Made by a program: the position numbers and the translations under genes. The notes under the pieces are model-generated. The model was not told the origin of the DNA. It saw only the letters and a list, made by a program, of their open reading frames with translations, and did not search any database. DNA of 64,000 nucleotides from Candidatus Bathyarchaeota archaeon. Its GTDB lineage: Archaea; Thermoproteota; Bathyarchaeia; Hecatellales; Hecatellaceae. Below are positions 1 to 9,488 of the stretch, piece after piece (position 1 is the first letter of the stretch; every line of letters begins with the position of its first letter). The stretch covers positions 90,970 through 154,969 of the forward strand of contig JBQPWD010000006.1 in NCBI GenBank assembly GCA_052246995.1, in the 5' to 3' direction.

Positions 1-1060
1 CTCCCCTTACATGAGTCAGGACAACATCCTCATCCTTAACACCTAATTCAAAAAGCAAGTTCTTGGCTTTTTCAATTCCCATTTCAAGGATTTTTATGTC
101 CCTCCTCGACATGTAAGGTTCAACAACTCCGTCAGGCCATACCACCCCCCTACCTTCATCAGCCACCTTTACCATAACGGATGCAATACTCTTACCCTCA
201 TGGTCAATACCCTTCATTGTCAGCTGAGACGACAAAAGACCTGAATAATGAGGTGAGAGTAAGAAGTTACCGCAATCAGCGTAGGCAGCCATTGGAATTC
301 CGTTACTTGCAGAAGGTCCATCATAAGGTCCACCTACTGTAACAAACGGATCTATGAAGAGGTTTTTTCCAATATTCTCATCATTATGAAGTTGAGCTAG
401 AAGTTGAGGTGTTTCAATCGCACCAGCAGCTAAAACAAGAGCCTTACACTTAATTCTAACCCTCTCATCCATCATAACTCCTTCCACAACTATCTCTCCT
501 TGACCGGACTTGTGTAGCCTGTCAACCGTAAAACGGTTTAATAAAACTAAACCATGTTGTACACTCATCCTGACAAGGTCAAGAGCAGTATACTTTGCGT
601 TTTTCAGACAGCCATAAGCACATTTACCGCAACCAACACATTTGATAAAGTCAATAGACTTCGGCATAATTCTTGCTTCCAGCCCAATCCTCTTGCTAAC
701 CTCGATGAACTTAACAGCAAACAATGGCAACTTATCCGGGGGAATATTAGCAACGTGCATAAGCCTACATACCTCATCAACCTCAGCCGTTAAGTCGATG
801 CCAAGCCTCTTAAACCTGCTAATTAACGCTTTTGTGGTAAGCATGTTTCCAAACGATACAAGTGTTGAACCTCCTACACACTTACACCTAAGTATCTCGA
901 TTGGAGATAGAGTAGGGTGGTAGCCTAAATGTGCTTTTTCGAGACCTACATCCCCGCTTGACTCTAGTAGAGCTACCTTAAACCCCCAACGTGTAAGCTT
1001 GTATGACACGGTACTACCTCCAGCACCACTACCCACAACACTCACATCAACGTTCATCAT
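1..1060 (-). CDS. GMC-family FAD oxidoreductase with internal CxxCxxCxxxC motif (3' end runs off window)
   Basis: Not in the ORF track. Manual translation from ATG 1060 gives MMNVDVSVVGSGAGGSTVSYKL (GxGxxG), CVGGSTLV, CVGCGKCAYGC and VLAAGAIETPQLL...IGKNL, open to position 1. Confidence 0.85.
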   Translation of the reverse strand, partial: MMNVDVSVVGSGAGGSTVSYKLTRWGFKVALLESSGDVGLEKAHLGYHPTLSPIEILRCKCVGGSTLVSFGNMLTTKALISRFKRLGIDLTAEVDEVCRLMHVANIPPDKLPLFAVKFIEVSKRIGLEARIMPKSIDFIKCVGCGKCAYGCLKNAKYTALDLVRMSVQHGLVLLNRFTVDRLHKSGQGEIVVEGVMMDERVRIKCKALVLAAGAIETPQLLAQLHNDENIGKNLFIDPFVTVGGPYDGPSASNGIPMAAYADCGNFLLSPHYSGLLSSQLTMKGIDHEGKSIASVMVKVADEGRGVVWPDGVVEPYMSRRDIKILEMGIEKAKNLLFELGVKDEDVVLTHVRG

Positions 1061-1323
1061 GATTTAACCACTCATATAACATAGTCTACAAAAAACTATA
1101 TGAATATCAAAGTTACACCTTTTATAGCTACTCGAGAATAAACAGCATCCCTAAACTTAAAAAAAAGTCTACTGCTTTAAGCACCTTAATTTTCCATGCC
1201 CACACCGTAGTATTTGCTGATGCTTTATTTTGTGTACCGTTCAAAAAGTTTTAACAACAATTTCAAGCCTTGTTTGAAGTTGATGAATTGAGTTGCCTTT
1301 TTAATTGGTTTAAAATTAGAGGT

Positions 1324-1473
1324 TTAGCTTGTTAAATAGTTGATTTTTAAACGTTTTCTTTTTACAGCTACAATTCTCTCCTCTTCTCCTATCTTTTTAC
1401 CGCATCCTCTGCATACGATAGTTTTCTCACTATTTAGGTAGCCACAGTGGATGCATGGAAGATAAGCAACCAT
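1324..1473 (-). CDS. small zinc-ribbon protein
   Basis: MVAYLPCIHCGYLNSEKTIVCRGCGKK has two CxxC pairs and a basic tail. ATG at 1473 preferred over the track's TTG. Confidence 0.6.
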   Translation of the reverse strand: MVAYLPCIHCGYLNSEKTIVCRGCGKKIGEEERIVAVKRKRLKINYLTS

Positions 1474-1778
1474 CAGGTTTTCCCTTAAGTGGTAGGATAA
1501 AACTACCAAATCACTATATCATTAAACAATTATATTAATGGTTAAAACATCAAAAGCTATGTTTTAAATCTAAAAGTTGGTTAAGTTAGGCTTATTTAAG
1601 ACAAGAAGTTTAAAAAATAGTTAGGTAAAAATGTTAAAGTTTTATAAGATTAAGATAATCATGAACTTAAGTGTAAGGGTTTATGGTTCATCTCTCTACA
1701 ACATGTACCTATGAAAAATGTTGTATACATCTGTAAGTTTTAGCATAACCAGGTTGGAGGGGTTGAAAAACTTTTTCA

Positions 1779-2426
1779 TCAACCTTCTAACAAGTCTTTC
1801 ATAGTGTCTATTGCTTTCCAGTAACCATTAAACATGTATCCGTTTATTCTGACTTTTGGAAAAGTTTCTTTTTCTATATCACCTTTATCTGGAAGTTTAT
1901 CAATAATGGATTCGTTAACCAAGTATATTCCTCCATTTATCCAGTATGGTAGTTTTGGCTTCTCTCTAAATCCTAGAACTACACCATCATTTGAAACTTC
2001 AACAATACCATAAGGGCTTGTAAGTGGTACAAGAAGCATTGTAACTTCAAACTTCCTCTTTCTATGAGAACTTATAAAATCATTTAAATCTAGGTTGGTG
2101 ATGATGTCACCGTTTAAAATCAAGTATTCGTTTGATGGAAAACTTTTCATCGCCTTTTTTATTCCACCACCAGTTCCAAGCTTTTCCTCCTCTACGGAAT
2201 AATAAATGTTTACATTAAAATTTGAGCCGTCACCAAAAAATTCCCTAATTTTTTCCCAGCGGTAGCCACAAGCAAAGATAACATCCCTAACACCATAACC
2301 TGATAAATACTCGATTTGATACTGACTTAAAGGTTTTCCCTTATACTGCACAAGAACTTTAGGAACTCTTTCAGTTAACGGTCTTAACCTAAGACCCAAC
2401 CCTCCGGCTAGAATGATAGCCTTCAA
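1779..2426 (-). CDS. sugar-phosphate nucleotidyltransferase (NTP_transferase family)
   Basis: KAIILAGGLGLRLRPLT..PKVL, EEEKLGTGG, LNGD, FREKP, WKAIDT. Confidence 0.9.
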   Translation of the reverse strand: MKAIILAGGLGLRLRPLTERVPKVLVQYKGKPLSQYQIEYLSGYGVRDVIFACGYRWEKIREFFGDGSNFNVNIYYSVEEEKLGTGGGIKKAMKSFPSNEYLILNGDIITNLDLNDFISSHRKRKFEVTMLLVPLTSPYGIVEVSNDGVVLGFREKPKLPYWINGGIYLVNESIIDKLPDKGDIEKETFPKVRINGYMFNGYWKAIDTMKDLLEG

Positions 2427-2720
2427 GAAAGACTCCCCAAAAATTAAGCATAAATTCCACCCAAATTAAGCATAAAAACTTGTTTATAAATTTGCCTAAA
2501 GCATGTTATAATTGGTTTTATTAAAGGTTTACCTGTAGTTTAGACGTGTTTAGTGATTACAGCATAAAGCATCTATGTAGAAAACGGTTTTGATCGAAGA
2601 ATCAGAGTTTCCAAGAAGCTATGAAAAAGATGTCCTTTCTACCATCTAACCCGTTTTTGTTGAGAAATGTTGAGTTAAATTTAAAACTGGCTGAATGATA
2701 AAAAAATTACATTTTTTTAC

Positions 2721-3059
2721 TTACTTTTCAGGTTTGTAGTATACTAGCTGTTTCTGGTAGGCTGGAGGTTGGTAAGCTGGTTCAGCCTTTATTGCTTTTT
2801 GAAGACAATTTTCAACACAAACATGGCAGTATATACACTTGTAGGGGTCATAGGTTATAGTTTTAGCTTCAGGGTCAACTTTTATAGCTACAGGCGGACA
2901 TAAACGTTCACAATCTTGACATAAATCACATTTTTCCATGTCAAAAACTATTATTCGTCCTCTATGTTCAGAGAAGGGTTCCCTTCTGATGAAGGGATGT
3001 TTAACTGTTGCAGGTTTTGAGAAAAGGTTTTTCAGTATGTTTGGAAGCATCCAAACCAT
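2721..3059 (-). CDS. echF: Ech hydrogenase subunit F, 2x[4Fe-4S]
   Basis: NLFSKPATVKHP..RG N-terminus; CDLCQDCERLCP and CIYCHVCVENC; last gene of the operon. Confidence 0.9.
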   Translation of the reverse strand: MVWMLPNILKNLFSKPATVKHPFIRREPFSEHRGRIIVFDMEKCDLCQDCERLCPPVAIKVDPEAKTITYDPYKCIYCHVCVENCLQKAIKAEPAYQPPAYQKQLVYYKPEK

Positions 3060-3061
3060 TC

Positions 3062-4189
3062 CTAAACCCCTCCATCTTTTTTAACATGGATTATACGCTC
3101 AGTACAAGCTAAACATGGGTCTATAGATAGAACTATTACAGGTATGTCTGCAATCTCATATCCTGGAAGCATAGCAAGAAGGGGTGGAATGTTTGCAAGG
3201 GTTGGTGTTCGAATTTTAACCCTTTCAAGCCTATTTGTTCCATTTCCCTTAACGTAGTAGAAAAGTTCACCTCTAGGTTGCTCAACCCTAGCTACAGCCT
3301 CACCTTCAGGCCATTTTTCAGGTTTAACAGCAATTTCACCTTCAGGCATGGTTTTTAATGCTTCAAGGATTAAGTCTATAGCTTGATATACTTCATAAAG
3401 CCTTACAAGTGTTCGTGCGTAAGCATCACCATCCTTCTCTACTATAGGCTCAAATTTAAGATGCTTGTATGCTTGATATCCCTCAAGCCTAATATCCTTC
3501 GCTACGCCACTTCCACGTGCAGTGGGACCTACTGCTCCAAGCCTTAAAGCATCGTCATAAGATAAGAAGCCCTTACCCACTGTCCGTTTTTTAAATGCAG
3601 GATCTTTGAGAATTACTGGAGCAAGCTTGTCGACTCTTCTTTTAAGGTCTAACATACTTTCCTTAAAATGCTCAACCAATGGACCTGAAATATCTCTTCT
3701 AACCCCACCAACTATGCATGTTGAAATTATAACCCTGTTTCCGCTTGTGCGTTCTTGGAGGTCCATTACAATCTCCCGGTCTCTCCAGAACTGCATAAAG
3801 AGACTTTCAAACCCCATAGCATCAGCAAAAAGGCCTAGCCATAAGAGGTGGCTTTCAAGCCTGTTAAGCTCAGCCCATATAACCCTTAAATATTTAGCTC
3901 TTTCAGGAACTTGAACATTTACAAGCTTTTCTAAAGCCATACAGTAGCATAAAGCATGCATAAAGTTGCATATTCCACAAACTCTTTCACATAGGTATAC
4001 ATTTCGTTGATAATCGTTAAGTTCACAAGCCCTCTCAATACCACGGTGGACGTAACCTATATTTACACCTACATCAACAATTTTCTCCTCGTCAACCATA
4101 AACCTAAGCTGAACTGGTTCAGGTAAAACTGGGTGCTGAGGGCCAAAAGGTAAAACGGTATACTTTCGCGTAGTTTTACCTTCACTCAT
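3062..4189 (-). CDS. echE: Ech [NiFe]-hydrogenase large subunit (group 4)
   Basis: PFGPQHP, GYVHRGIE, L1 ERVCGIC and L2 DPCLACTER with all four Ni-Fe cysteines; start reassigned to ATG 4189 (MSEGK). Confidence 0.93.
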   Translation of the reverse strand: MSEGKTTRKYTVLPFGPQHPVLPEPVQLRFMVDEEKIVDVGVNIGYVHRGIERACELNDYQRNVYLCERVCGICNFMHALCYCMALEKLVNVQVPERAKYLRVIWAELNRLESHLLWLGLFADAMGFESLFMQFWRDREIVMDLQERTSGNRVIISTCIVGGVRRDISGPLVEHFKESMLDLKRRVDKLAPVILKDPAFKKRTVGKGFLSYDDALRLGAVGPTARGSGVAKDIRLEGYQAYKHLKFEPIVEKDGDAYARTLVRLYEVYQAIDLILEALKTMPEGEIAVKPEKWPEGEAVARVEQPRGELFYYVKGNGTNRLERVKIRTPTLANIPPLLAMLPGYEIADIPVIVLSIDPCLACTERIIHVKKDGGV

Positions 4190-5960
4190 ACCAATCACAC
4201 CTCCAACACCTTTTAGCTTCCTTAACAGCCTCCTCAACACTATAACCTAACTCAACTTCACTAAAACCTCTAACTCTCACTTCTACTGGAAGAAGTTTTA
4301 TGGGGACCTTACTTAACTCTAAAACTTCTTCAACGTTAACTCTTGGAATAAGTTCTTCAATAAGCTCATACTCTTTAAGCCCACTTCCACCTAGATACCT
4401 GTCAATGGCGTTAGCAGCTTTCCATCCTGCACCCACGGCTTCGGTAACTGAGGCTGGACCTGTTACAACATCACCACCAGCAAAAACTCCGCGTATGTTT
4501 GTTTCCAACGTTTTAGGGTTAACTTCAACTTGTCCACGCCTATCTAGTTTAAGCCTAGAAGTTTTAGGTGGTGTTGCAACTTGACCTATGGCTTTAATAA
4601 ACGTGTCAGCTTCAACAGTAAACTCGCTTCCAGCTATGGCTTCAGGTCTAGGTCTGCCTGAAGCATCAGGTGCACCAAGTCGCATTCTTATAAACTCCAT
4701 TTTTGCAGAAGAGCTTCCACCTAAAACTTTGGTTGGAGCGACAAGAAATTCGAATTTAACACCCTCAGCCTCAGCCTCTTCAACTTCTCTTGGTGATGCA
4801 GGCATCTCCTTCCTAGTCCTTCTGTAAAATACTGTTACATCTTTAACTCCAAGCCTTAAAGAGACTCTAGCAGCATCCATAGCACTATTACCCCCACCAA
4901 TAACAACAACTTTTTCACCAAGTTTAGGTTTTTTACCGTGGAGATTGACTTCCATTAAAAGTTGAAGACAGCTTAAAACTTTTGGATGGTCTTCACCCTC
5001 AATACCGAGCCTAGCATCCTGGTGTGCCCCTGTAGCTATGAAAATAGCGTCATAACCCTCATTCAAGAAGGTATCTAAATTCTCAATCTTCTTTTTAAGT
5101 TTAAGCTCAACTTCAGCTTCCTCCATTCTAGCATTAATTTCATCCTCTAAAATCTTTTTAGGAAGCCTATATTCAGGTATGTATGTAAGCATAGCTCCAC
5201 CAGGTTTAGGAAGCTCGTCAAAAACTGTAACCTCATGACCTAAAACGCCGAGATAGTAGGCTGCGGTTAAGCCTGCTGGACCTGCACCAATAACAGCAAC
5301 CCTTTTACCAGTAGATTTAAGCTTTTTGATGTTGAGATTTTTGATACCAACATACTCAGCTACAAACCTTTTAAGCAGTCTTATAGATATAGGCTGACCA
5401 TTTTTAGCCTGTCTACAACCATCCTCGCATGGAGCAAAGCAAACTCTTCCAAGAATGGCTGGGAAAGGAGTTTTTTTAAGGATTGTTTGAAAAGCATCCA
5501 CGTATTTTCCTTGACTTATAAGTCTAACATATCTTGGAACATCTATTTCAGCGGGACATTGTTGAGCACATCTTGCTTTTACCCTAAACTTTGGAGGTTG
5601 AACACCTACAGCAGGTTTTAAAAGGGTTGTTTGAGATGCATCAGCAGTTTTTAAAAGCCTCCCTCCAAGGTCAGGATTTAAACCTACAATGTTAAGGTTA
5701 AACATATCTTTTATCTCGTTTTCAGCAAGAAATGCACAAGGATAAATACTAGTTATGCTTGGTAAAACATCACTTTTTCTAATTTTAACCTTAACATTTA
5801 CAACCTTCAAGTTCTCTTCAAAATGATATATAACCTCAAAAAATTCACCTAAATCTCTACATGTTATAGTTATAAATCTAGCATTAGACGCAGCAAGCTC
5901 GTAGATTTTGGGTATAAGGTCAGCTTTATCTACAAATACATCAACAACATTAGTGGCCAA
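4182..5960 (-). CDS. echD: EchD (NuoC-like) fused to a GltD/NfnB-like FAD/Fe-S NAD(P)H oxidoreductase
   Basis: Residues 1-115 are EchD-like (FEVIYHF, LPSITSIYPCAFLAENEIKDMF). Residues ~129-592 show CAQQCP..GRVCFAPCEDGCR, VIGAGPAG, VIGGGNSAMDAAR..YRR, FAGGDVVTGP and a C-terminal EAKRCWRC. Single uninterrupted ORF. Confidence 0.9.
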   Translation of the reverse strand: MATNVVDVFVDKADLIPKIYELAASNARFITITCRDLGEFFEVIYHFEENLKVVNVKVKIRKSDVLPSITSIYPCAFLAENEIKDMFNLNIVGLNPDLGGRLLKTADASQTTLLKPAVGVQPPKFRVKARCAQQCPAEIDVPRYVRLISQGKYVDAFQTILKKTPFPAILGRVCFAPCEDGCRQAKNGQPISIRLLKRFVAEYVGIKNLNIKKLKSTGKRVAVIGAGPAGLTAAYYLGVLGHEVTVFDELPKPGGAMLTYIPEYRLPKKILEDEINARMEEAEVELKLKKKIENLDTFLNEGYDAIFIATGAHQDARLGIEGEDHPKVLSCLQLLMEVNLHGKKPKLGEKVVVIGGGNSAMDAARVSLRLGVKDVTVFYRRTRKEMPASPREVEEAEAEGVKFEFLVAPTKVLGGSSSAKMEFIRMRLGAPDASGRPRPEAIAGSEFTVEADTFIKAIGQVATPPKTSRLKLDRRGQVEVNPKTLETNIRGVFAGGDVVTGPASVTEAVGAGWKAANAIDRYLGGSGLKEYELIEELIPRVNVEEVLELSKVPIKLLPVEVRVRGFSEVELGYSVEEAVKEAKRCWRCDWYE

Positions 5961-5963
5961 CTT

Positions 5964-6407
5964 TTAACCACCCACCTTTTTTTCTGCAAGTTTTTGTAAG
6001 GCTAAAACTACTCCATCTATAATAGCTTCAGGCCTTGCGGCACAACCTGGAACATAAACATCAACAGGTATAACCTTATCAACCCCACCAAGTATATTTG
6101 GGCAGTTATGGAAAATACCACCTGAACATGCACATGTACCTATGGCAACAACAACCTTAGGTTCAGGTGTTTGAGCATAAAGGGTTTTAAGCACCCTTGC
6201 ATTTCTCCTGTTAGCTGGACCAGTTACAAGTAGAATGTCAGCATGCTTTGGGTTTCCCATGTGAAGCATTCCAAACCTTTCAACATCAAATCTTGGAGTT
6301 AAGCATGCCAAAACTTCTATATCGCAACCGTTACAGCTTCCACAGTTAAAATGTAGTATCCAAGGAGATTTAAGTCTGGCTTTAGCCATTAAACCCATAC
6401 TAACCAC
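5964..6407 (-). CDS. echC: Ech small subunit C (NuoB-like)
   Basis: SCNGCDIE, GNPKHAD, GTCACSGG, YVPGCAARPE. Confidence 0.93.
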   Translation of the reverse strand: MVSMGLMAKARLKSPWILHFNCGSCNGCDIEVLACLTPRFDVERFGMLHMGNPKHADILLVTGPANRRNARVLKTLYAQTPEPKVVVAIGTCACSGGIFHNCPNILGGVDKVIPVDVYVPGCAARPEAIIDGVVLALQKLAEKKVGG

Positions 6408-7254
6408 CTCTAAGTAAAGCTACAGCTAAAATGTTTGAAATTGTAAGAATAAAGCCTGCAATCCATGTAATCTTCAATAGCAGTTTCCAGGTAAGTCTTG
6501 GAAAGATGTTGTCAATAATCATAGTTATAAAGTAAAAGATGAAGGAGAGGACAGCTCCAAGCCATAGGTTTGGAGACCAGAAAATTGTAAGAAATGACAA
6601 GAAAAATACAAGTTTAAACCAGTGACCAAGCTCTATAAAAGCTAAAGAAAAGCCCGAGAACTCTGTAAAAACTCCGCGCACTATTTCTTGGTGTGCATGA
6701 TGAGAAGCTGAAATATCAAATGGTGATTTTCTAGCTTCAACTGGTAAAATTATTAGAAGTGTAAGGAAAATTGCTGGAAGCATTGCTACTAGTGGAAAAT
6801 TAAGCTGAAGAATGCTTGAAACAAGGAAGCTTTTAGTAACCATAAAAATCCCCATAATTGTTAAGATTAAGATTGGTTCACAGCTAAGCATTTGAAGAAG
6901 CTCCCTTCTTCCCCCAATATAGCTATAGGGAGACCTTCCAGCAAAACTTCCAACAACTAAACATACATCAGCCAGTGAAATAACAAACACTATTAACAAA
7001 AGGTCTTGAGCTAAAACTAGCAAACTAAAAGCAACAACTGAAAAAGCCATGTAGGAAAATGCAAGCAAAACCTGTAGATTGCTCGCAACAAAACTTTCTT
7101 TACCCCAAAGCTTTATTAAATCATAAAATGGTTGAATTATCGGTGGACCGATTCTGTTTTGTATTCTTGCTGTAAGCTTTCTATCTATCCCACTTAATAT
7201 TCCACCTATAAATGGCGCTACAACCACAAGTATAAGAGATAGATACCACTCCAT
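6400..7254 (-). CDS. echB: Ech membrane subunit B (NuoH-like)
   Basis: GIDRKLTARIQNRIGPPIIQPFYDLIKL, KSPFDISASHHAHQEIVRG. Confidence 0.92.
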   Translation of the reverse strand: MEWYLSLILVVVAPFIGGILSGIDRKLTARIQNRIGPPIIQPFYDLIKLWGKESFVASNLQVLLAFSYMAFSVVAFSLLVLAQDLLLIVFVISLADVCLVVGSFAGRSPYSYIGGRRELLQMLSCEPILILTIMGIFMVTKSFLVSSILQLNFPLVAMLPAIFLTLLIILPVEARKSPFDISASHHAHQEIVRGVFTEFSGFSLAFIELGHWFKLVFFLSFLTIFWSPNLWLGAVLSFIFYFITMIIDNIFPRLTWKLLLKITWIAGFILTISNILAVALLRGG

Positions 7255-7258
7255 AACC

Positions 7259-9190
7259 TCACACCACCAGACTTAAAATGAAAACAAGTATTGCTAAAAA
7301 TACGCCAATTAAGGTTACATATTTGTTGGTTTGAGCCTCACCAAGCCTTCTATCAAAGAACATTCCTGAGATTTCAAGCTTATATTCCAAGTCAGCTGTG
7401 GAGTGAAAGGTTGTTGATTCCTTACCAGCAACATTTTCACCACACATATATGGAGGAACAGATTTTCCACCTTTAGCTCTAACAATAAGAAAACCTGTAA
7501 AGAAAATTAAAGCTAAAACTATGAAAAGCGGCCATATTGGAAAAGCTCCAACATTTGTTAAAATATTTAGCTGAGGAAGTGACAATTTAACTACGTACCA
7601 TGGTTTTATTCCTGGAATTATTAGTGTTGATATGAAGATTGCTGCTAGAACGGTTACGATGATATCTAAAACTGTTATAGTAATGGTTGAGGTTAAGTAT
7701 GGTGCTTGAAGTTTTTCAACCTTAGCTTTCCCGGTTCTAGGTGGGTGAAGAAGAAGATGCGCCATCCATTTTGCCCAGAAAAATGTTGTTGCAACACTTC
7801 CAACAACAACAATAACTACAAGGGATATTGCCCATTGAAGCGGCGTCTCAGATATTACAGCCTCCAAAGTTAACCATTTACCGACCAACATTCCAAATGG
7901 CGGGAGAAACATTGTAGACATACCTATAAGCATAATTGTTGAGGTTAAGGGAAGTTTTGCCATAATACCCTCCCAATCTTCAATATTCCTACTATAAACC
8001 CTATTCTCAACAATTCCAGCTCCAAGAAAGAGTAAAGCCTTAGACATTGCGTGAAAAACAAGTAAAAGTAAAGCTGCAACCATAGCTAATGATGTATTAA
8101 CCCCTGCACATAAAATTATAAGACCAAGATTTCCTATGGTAGAGTATGCTAATATACGTTTAGATTCTCTTTGAGTTATAGCTAAAATGGCTGTAACTAG
8201 AAAACTTAAACCTCCAACAGCAGCTATGGCTAAGCTTAAATATGTATCCTTAAAGGCTGGAACAATTCTAAGCACCAGATACACTCCAGCTTTAACCATG
8301 GTGCTGGAGTGTAGTAATGCTGAAACAGGAGTTGGAGCAATCATTGCCCCTAAAAGCCAACTATGAAATGGAACTTGTGCTGACTTTGTAAATGCTGCCA
8401 ATGCTAAACAGGCAAAGGCTAAGAGTATAATAGGTGAATGAGGGACTAACATAAGCTCGTTAAGACTTAAACTTCCAACTTGATAATAGCCTATAAAGAT
8501 TGAAGCTACAAAAGCTACTCCGCCTATTAACCCCATCCACAGGGCTAAAACAGCGTTTTTTACAGCTTGAGGTGTTTCATCATGCTTAATAAGCTGATAA
8601 CAACATAACGTGGTAACTTCCCAGAAGAAGTATAACCAGTAAAGGTTGTTAGCAAAAACTAAACCATTCATAGCTCCAAGAAAAAGTATCATATATAGGA
8701 AGAATCTAGGCTGCCTGGTTTCTGTTAAATGTAAATGTTCTTCATGCTCATCCATGTAGCTTAAAGCGTAAACACAAATAAGTGAACCTATAATGCAGAC
8801 AATTAAGGCCATTATTATGGATAAGGAATCTATCATAAACGTAGGTTTAACATGAACAACAGGAAGAGATAATTCAAAGTAGGCTAAAGGTATAATTTGA
8901 AGTAGAGTTAAGAAAACTACTAATGGATGTTTAACTCTGAAACCTATGTATAGGAAGTAAGCTAAAAGTGCAAAATCTAAGGCGACTATTACATCGTCCC
9001 AAATTTCATGTAAATTAAGAGTGTATAATGCTCCGTTAACCAATCTAACCAGTAAAAGTGAAGCTGTTATCAGAATGATGGTTGTTAAACTAACGAAAAT
9101 CATCCGAGCTTTAGCATTCTTCAACCATCTAACTATAAACCCCATAATTGGCGGAAAAACCACCAGCATAATTGGAATCCATTCATCCAT
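7259..9190 (-). CDS. echA: Ech ion-translocating antiporter-like subunit A (NuoL/MrpA-like)
   Basis: FWEVTTLC, TKSAQVPFHSWLLGAMIAPTPVSALLHSSTMVKAGVY, YMCGEN; 643 aa, first gene of the operon. Confidence 0.92.
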   Translation of the reverse strand: MDEWIPIMLVVFPPIMGFIVRWLKNAKARMIFVSLTTIILITASLLLVRLVNGALYTLNLHEIWDDVIVALDFALLAYFLYIGFRVKHPLVVFLTLLQIIPLAYFELSLPVVHVKPTFMIDSLSIIMALIVCIIGSLICVYALSYMDEHEEHLHLTETRQPRFFLYMILFLGAMNGLVFANNLYWLYFFWEVTTLCCYQLIKHDETPQAVKNAVLALWMGLIGGVAFVASIFIGYYQVGSLSLNELMLVPHSPIILLAFACLALAAFTKSAQVPFHSWLLGAMIAPTPVSALLHSSTMVKAGVYLVLRIVPAFKDTYLSLAIAAVGGLSFLVTAILAITQRESKRILAYSTIGNLGLIILCAGVNTSLAMVAALLLLVFHAMSKALLFLGAGIVENRVYSRNIEDWEGIMAKLPLTSTIMLIGMSTMFLPPFGMLVGKWLTLEAVISETPLQWAISLVVIVVVGSVATTFFWAKWMAHLLLHPPRTGKAKVEKLQAPYLTSTITITVLDIIVTVLAAIFISTLIIPGIKPWYVVKLSLPQLNILTNVGAFPIWPLFIVLALIFFTGFLIVRAKGGKSVPPYMCGENVAGKESTTFHSTADLEYKLEISGMFFDRRLGEAQTNKYVTLIGVFLAILVFILSLVV

Positions 9191-9292
9191 AAGAGCCCAC
9201 CATTTAAAAAAAGATAAAATCTCTACGAGTTTTAAAGATTTTCATTTCATCCTTTTTACGTTTTTCTGCAAAAAACTAAAAAATTTAAAACC

Positions 9293-9317
9293 TTTTCATC
9301 ATGAAAAATGATGAAAA
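9293..9317. promoter_or_regulatory. perfect 10-5-10 inverted repeat at the putative ech promoter
   Basis: TTTTCATCAT-GAAAA-ATGATGAAAA abuts a minus-strand BRE-like GAAAAGG and TATA-like TTTTAAAT (~9283-9297). Confidence 0.55.
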
Positions 9318-9488
9318 CTCCAGATTGAGAGTTAGGAAAGTAAAACTTGTTAATTCTTGTTTTTTCATTGTTAGAGGTTAAACCATAATTTATCCGAAGT
9401 ATTAAGCAAAACTTCTTAGTAGGTTGAAGATTATAAATTCAACAAACTAATTTGATACTTCGCATATTCCTTAGTAGGTGAAACTACA

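Noticed and set aside
2721-9190. Interpretation as complex I (Nuo/Fpo) or an Ehr complex
   Set aside because: The large subunit keeps both CxxC Ni-binding motifs and the six-gene order matches ech.
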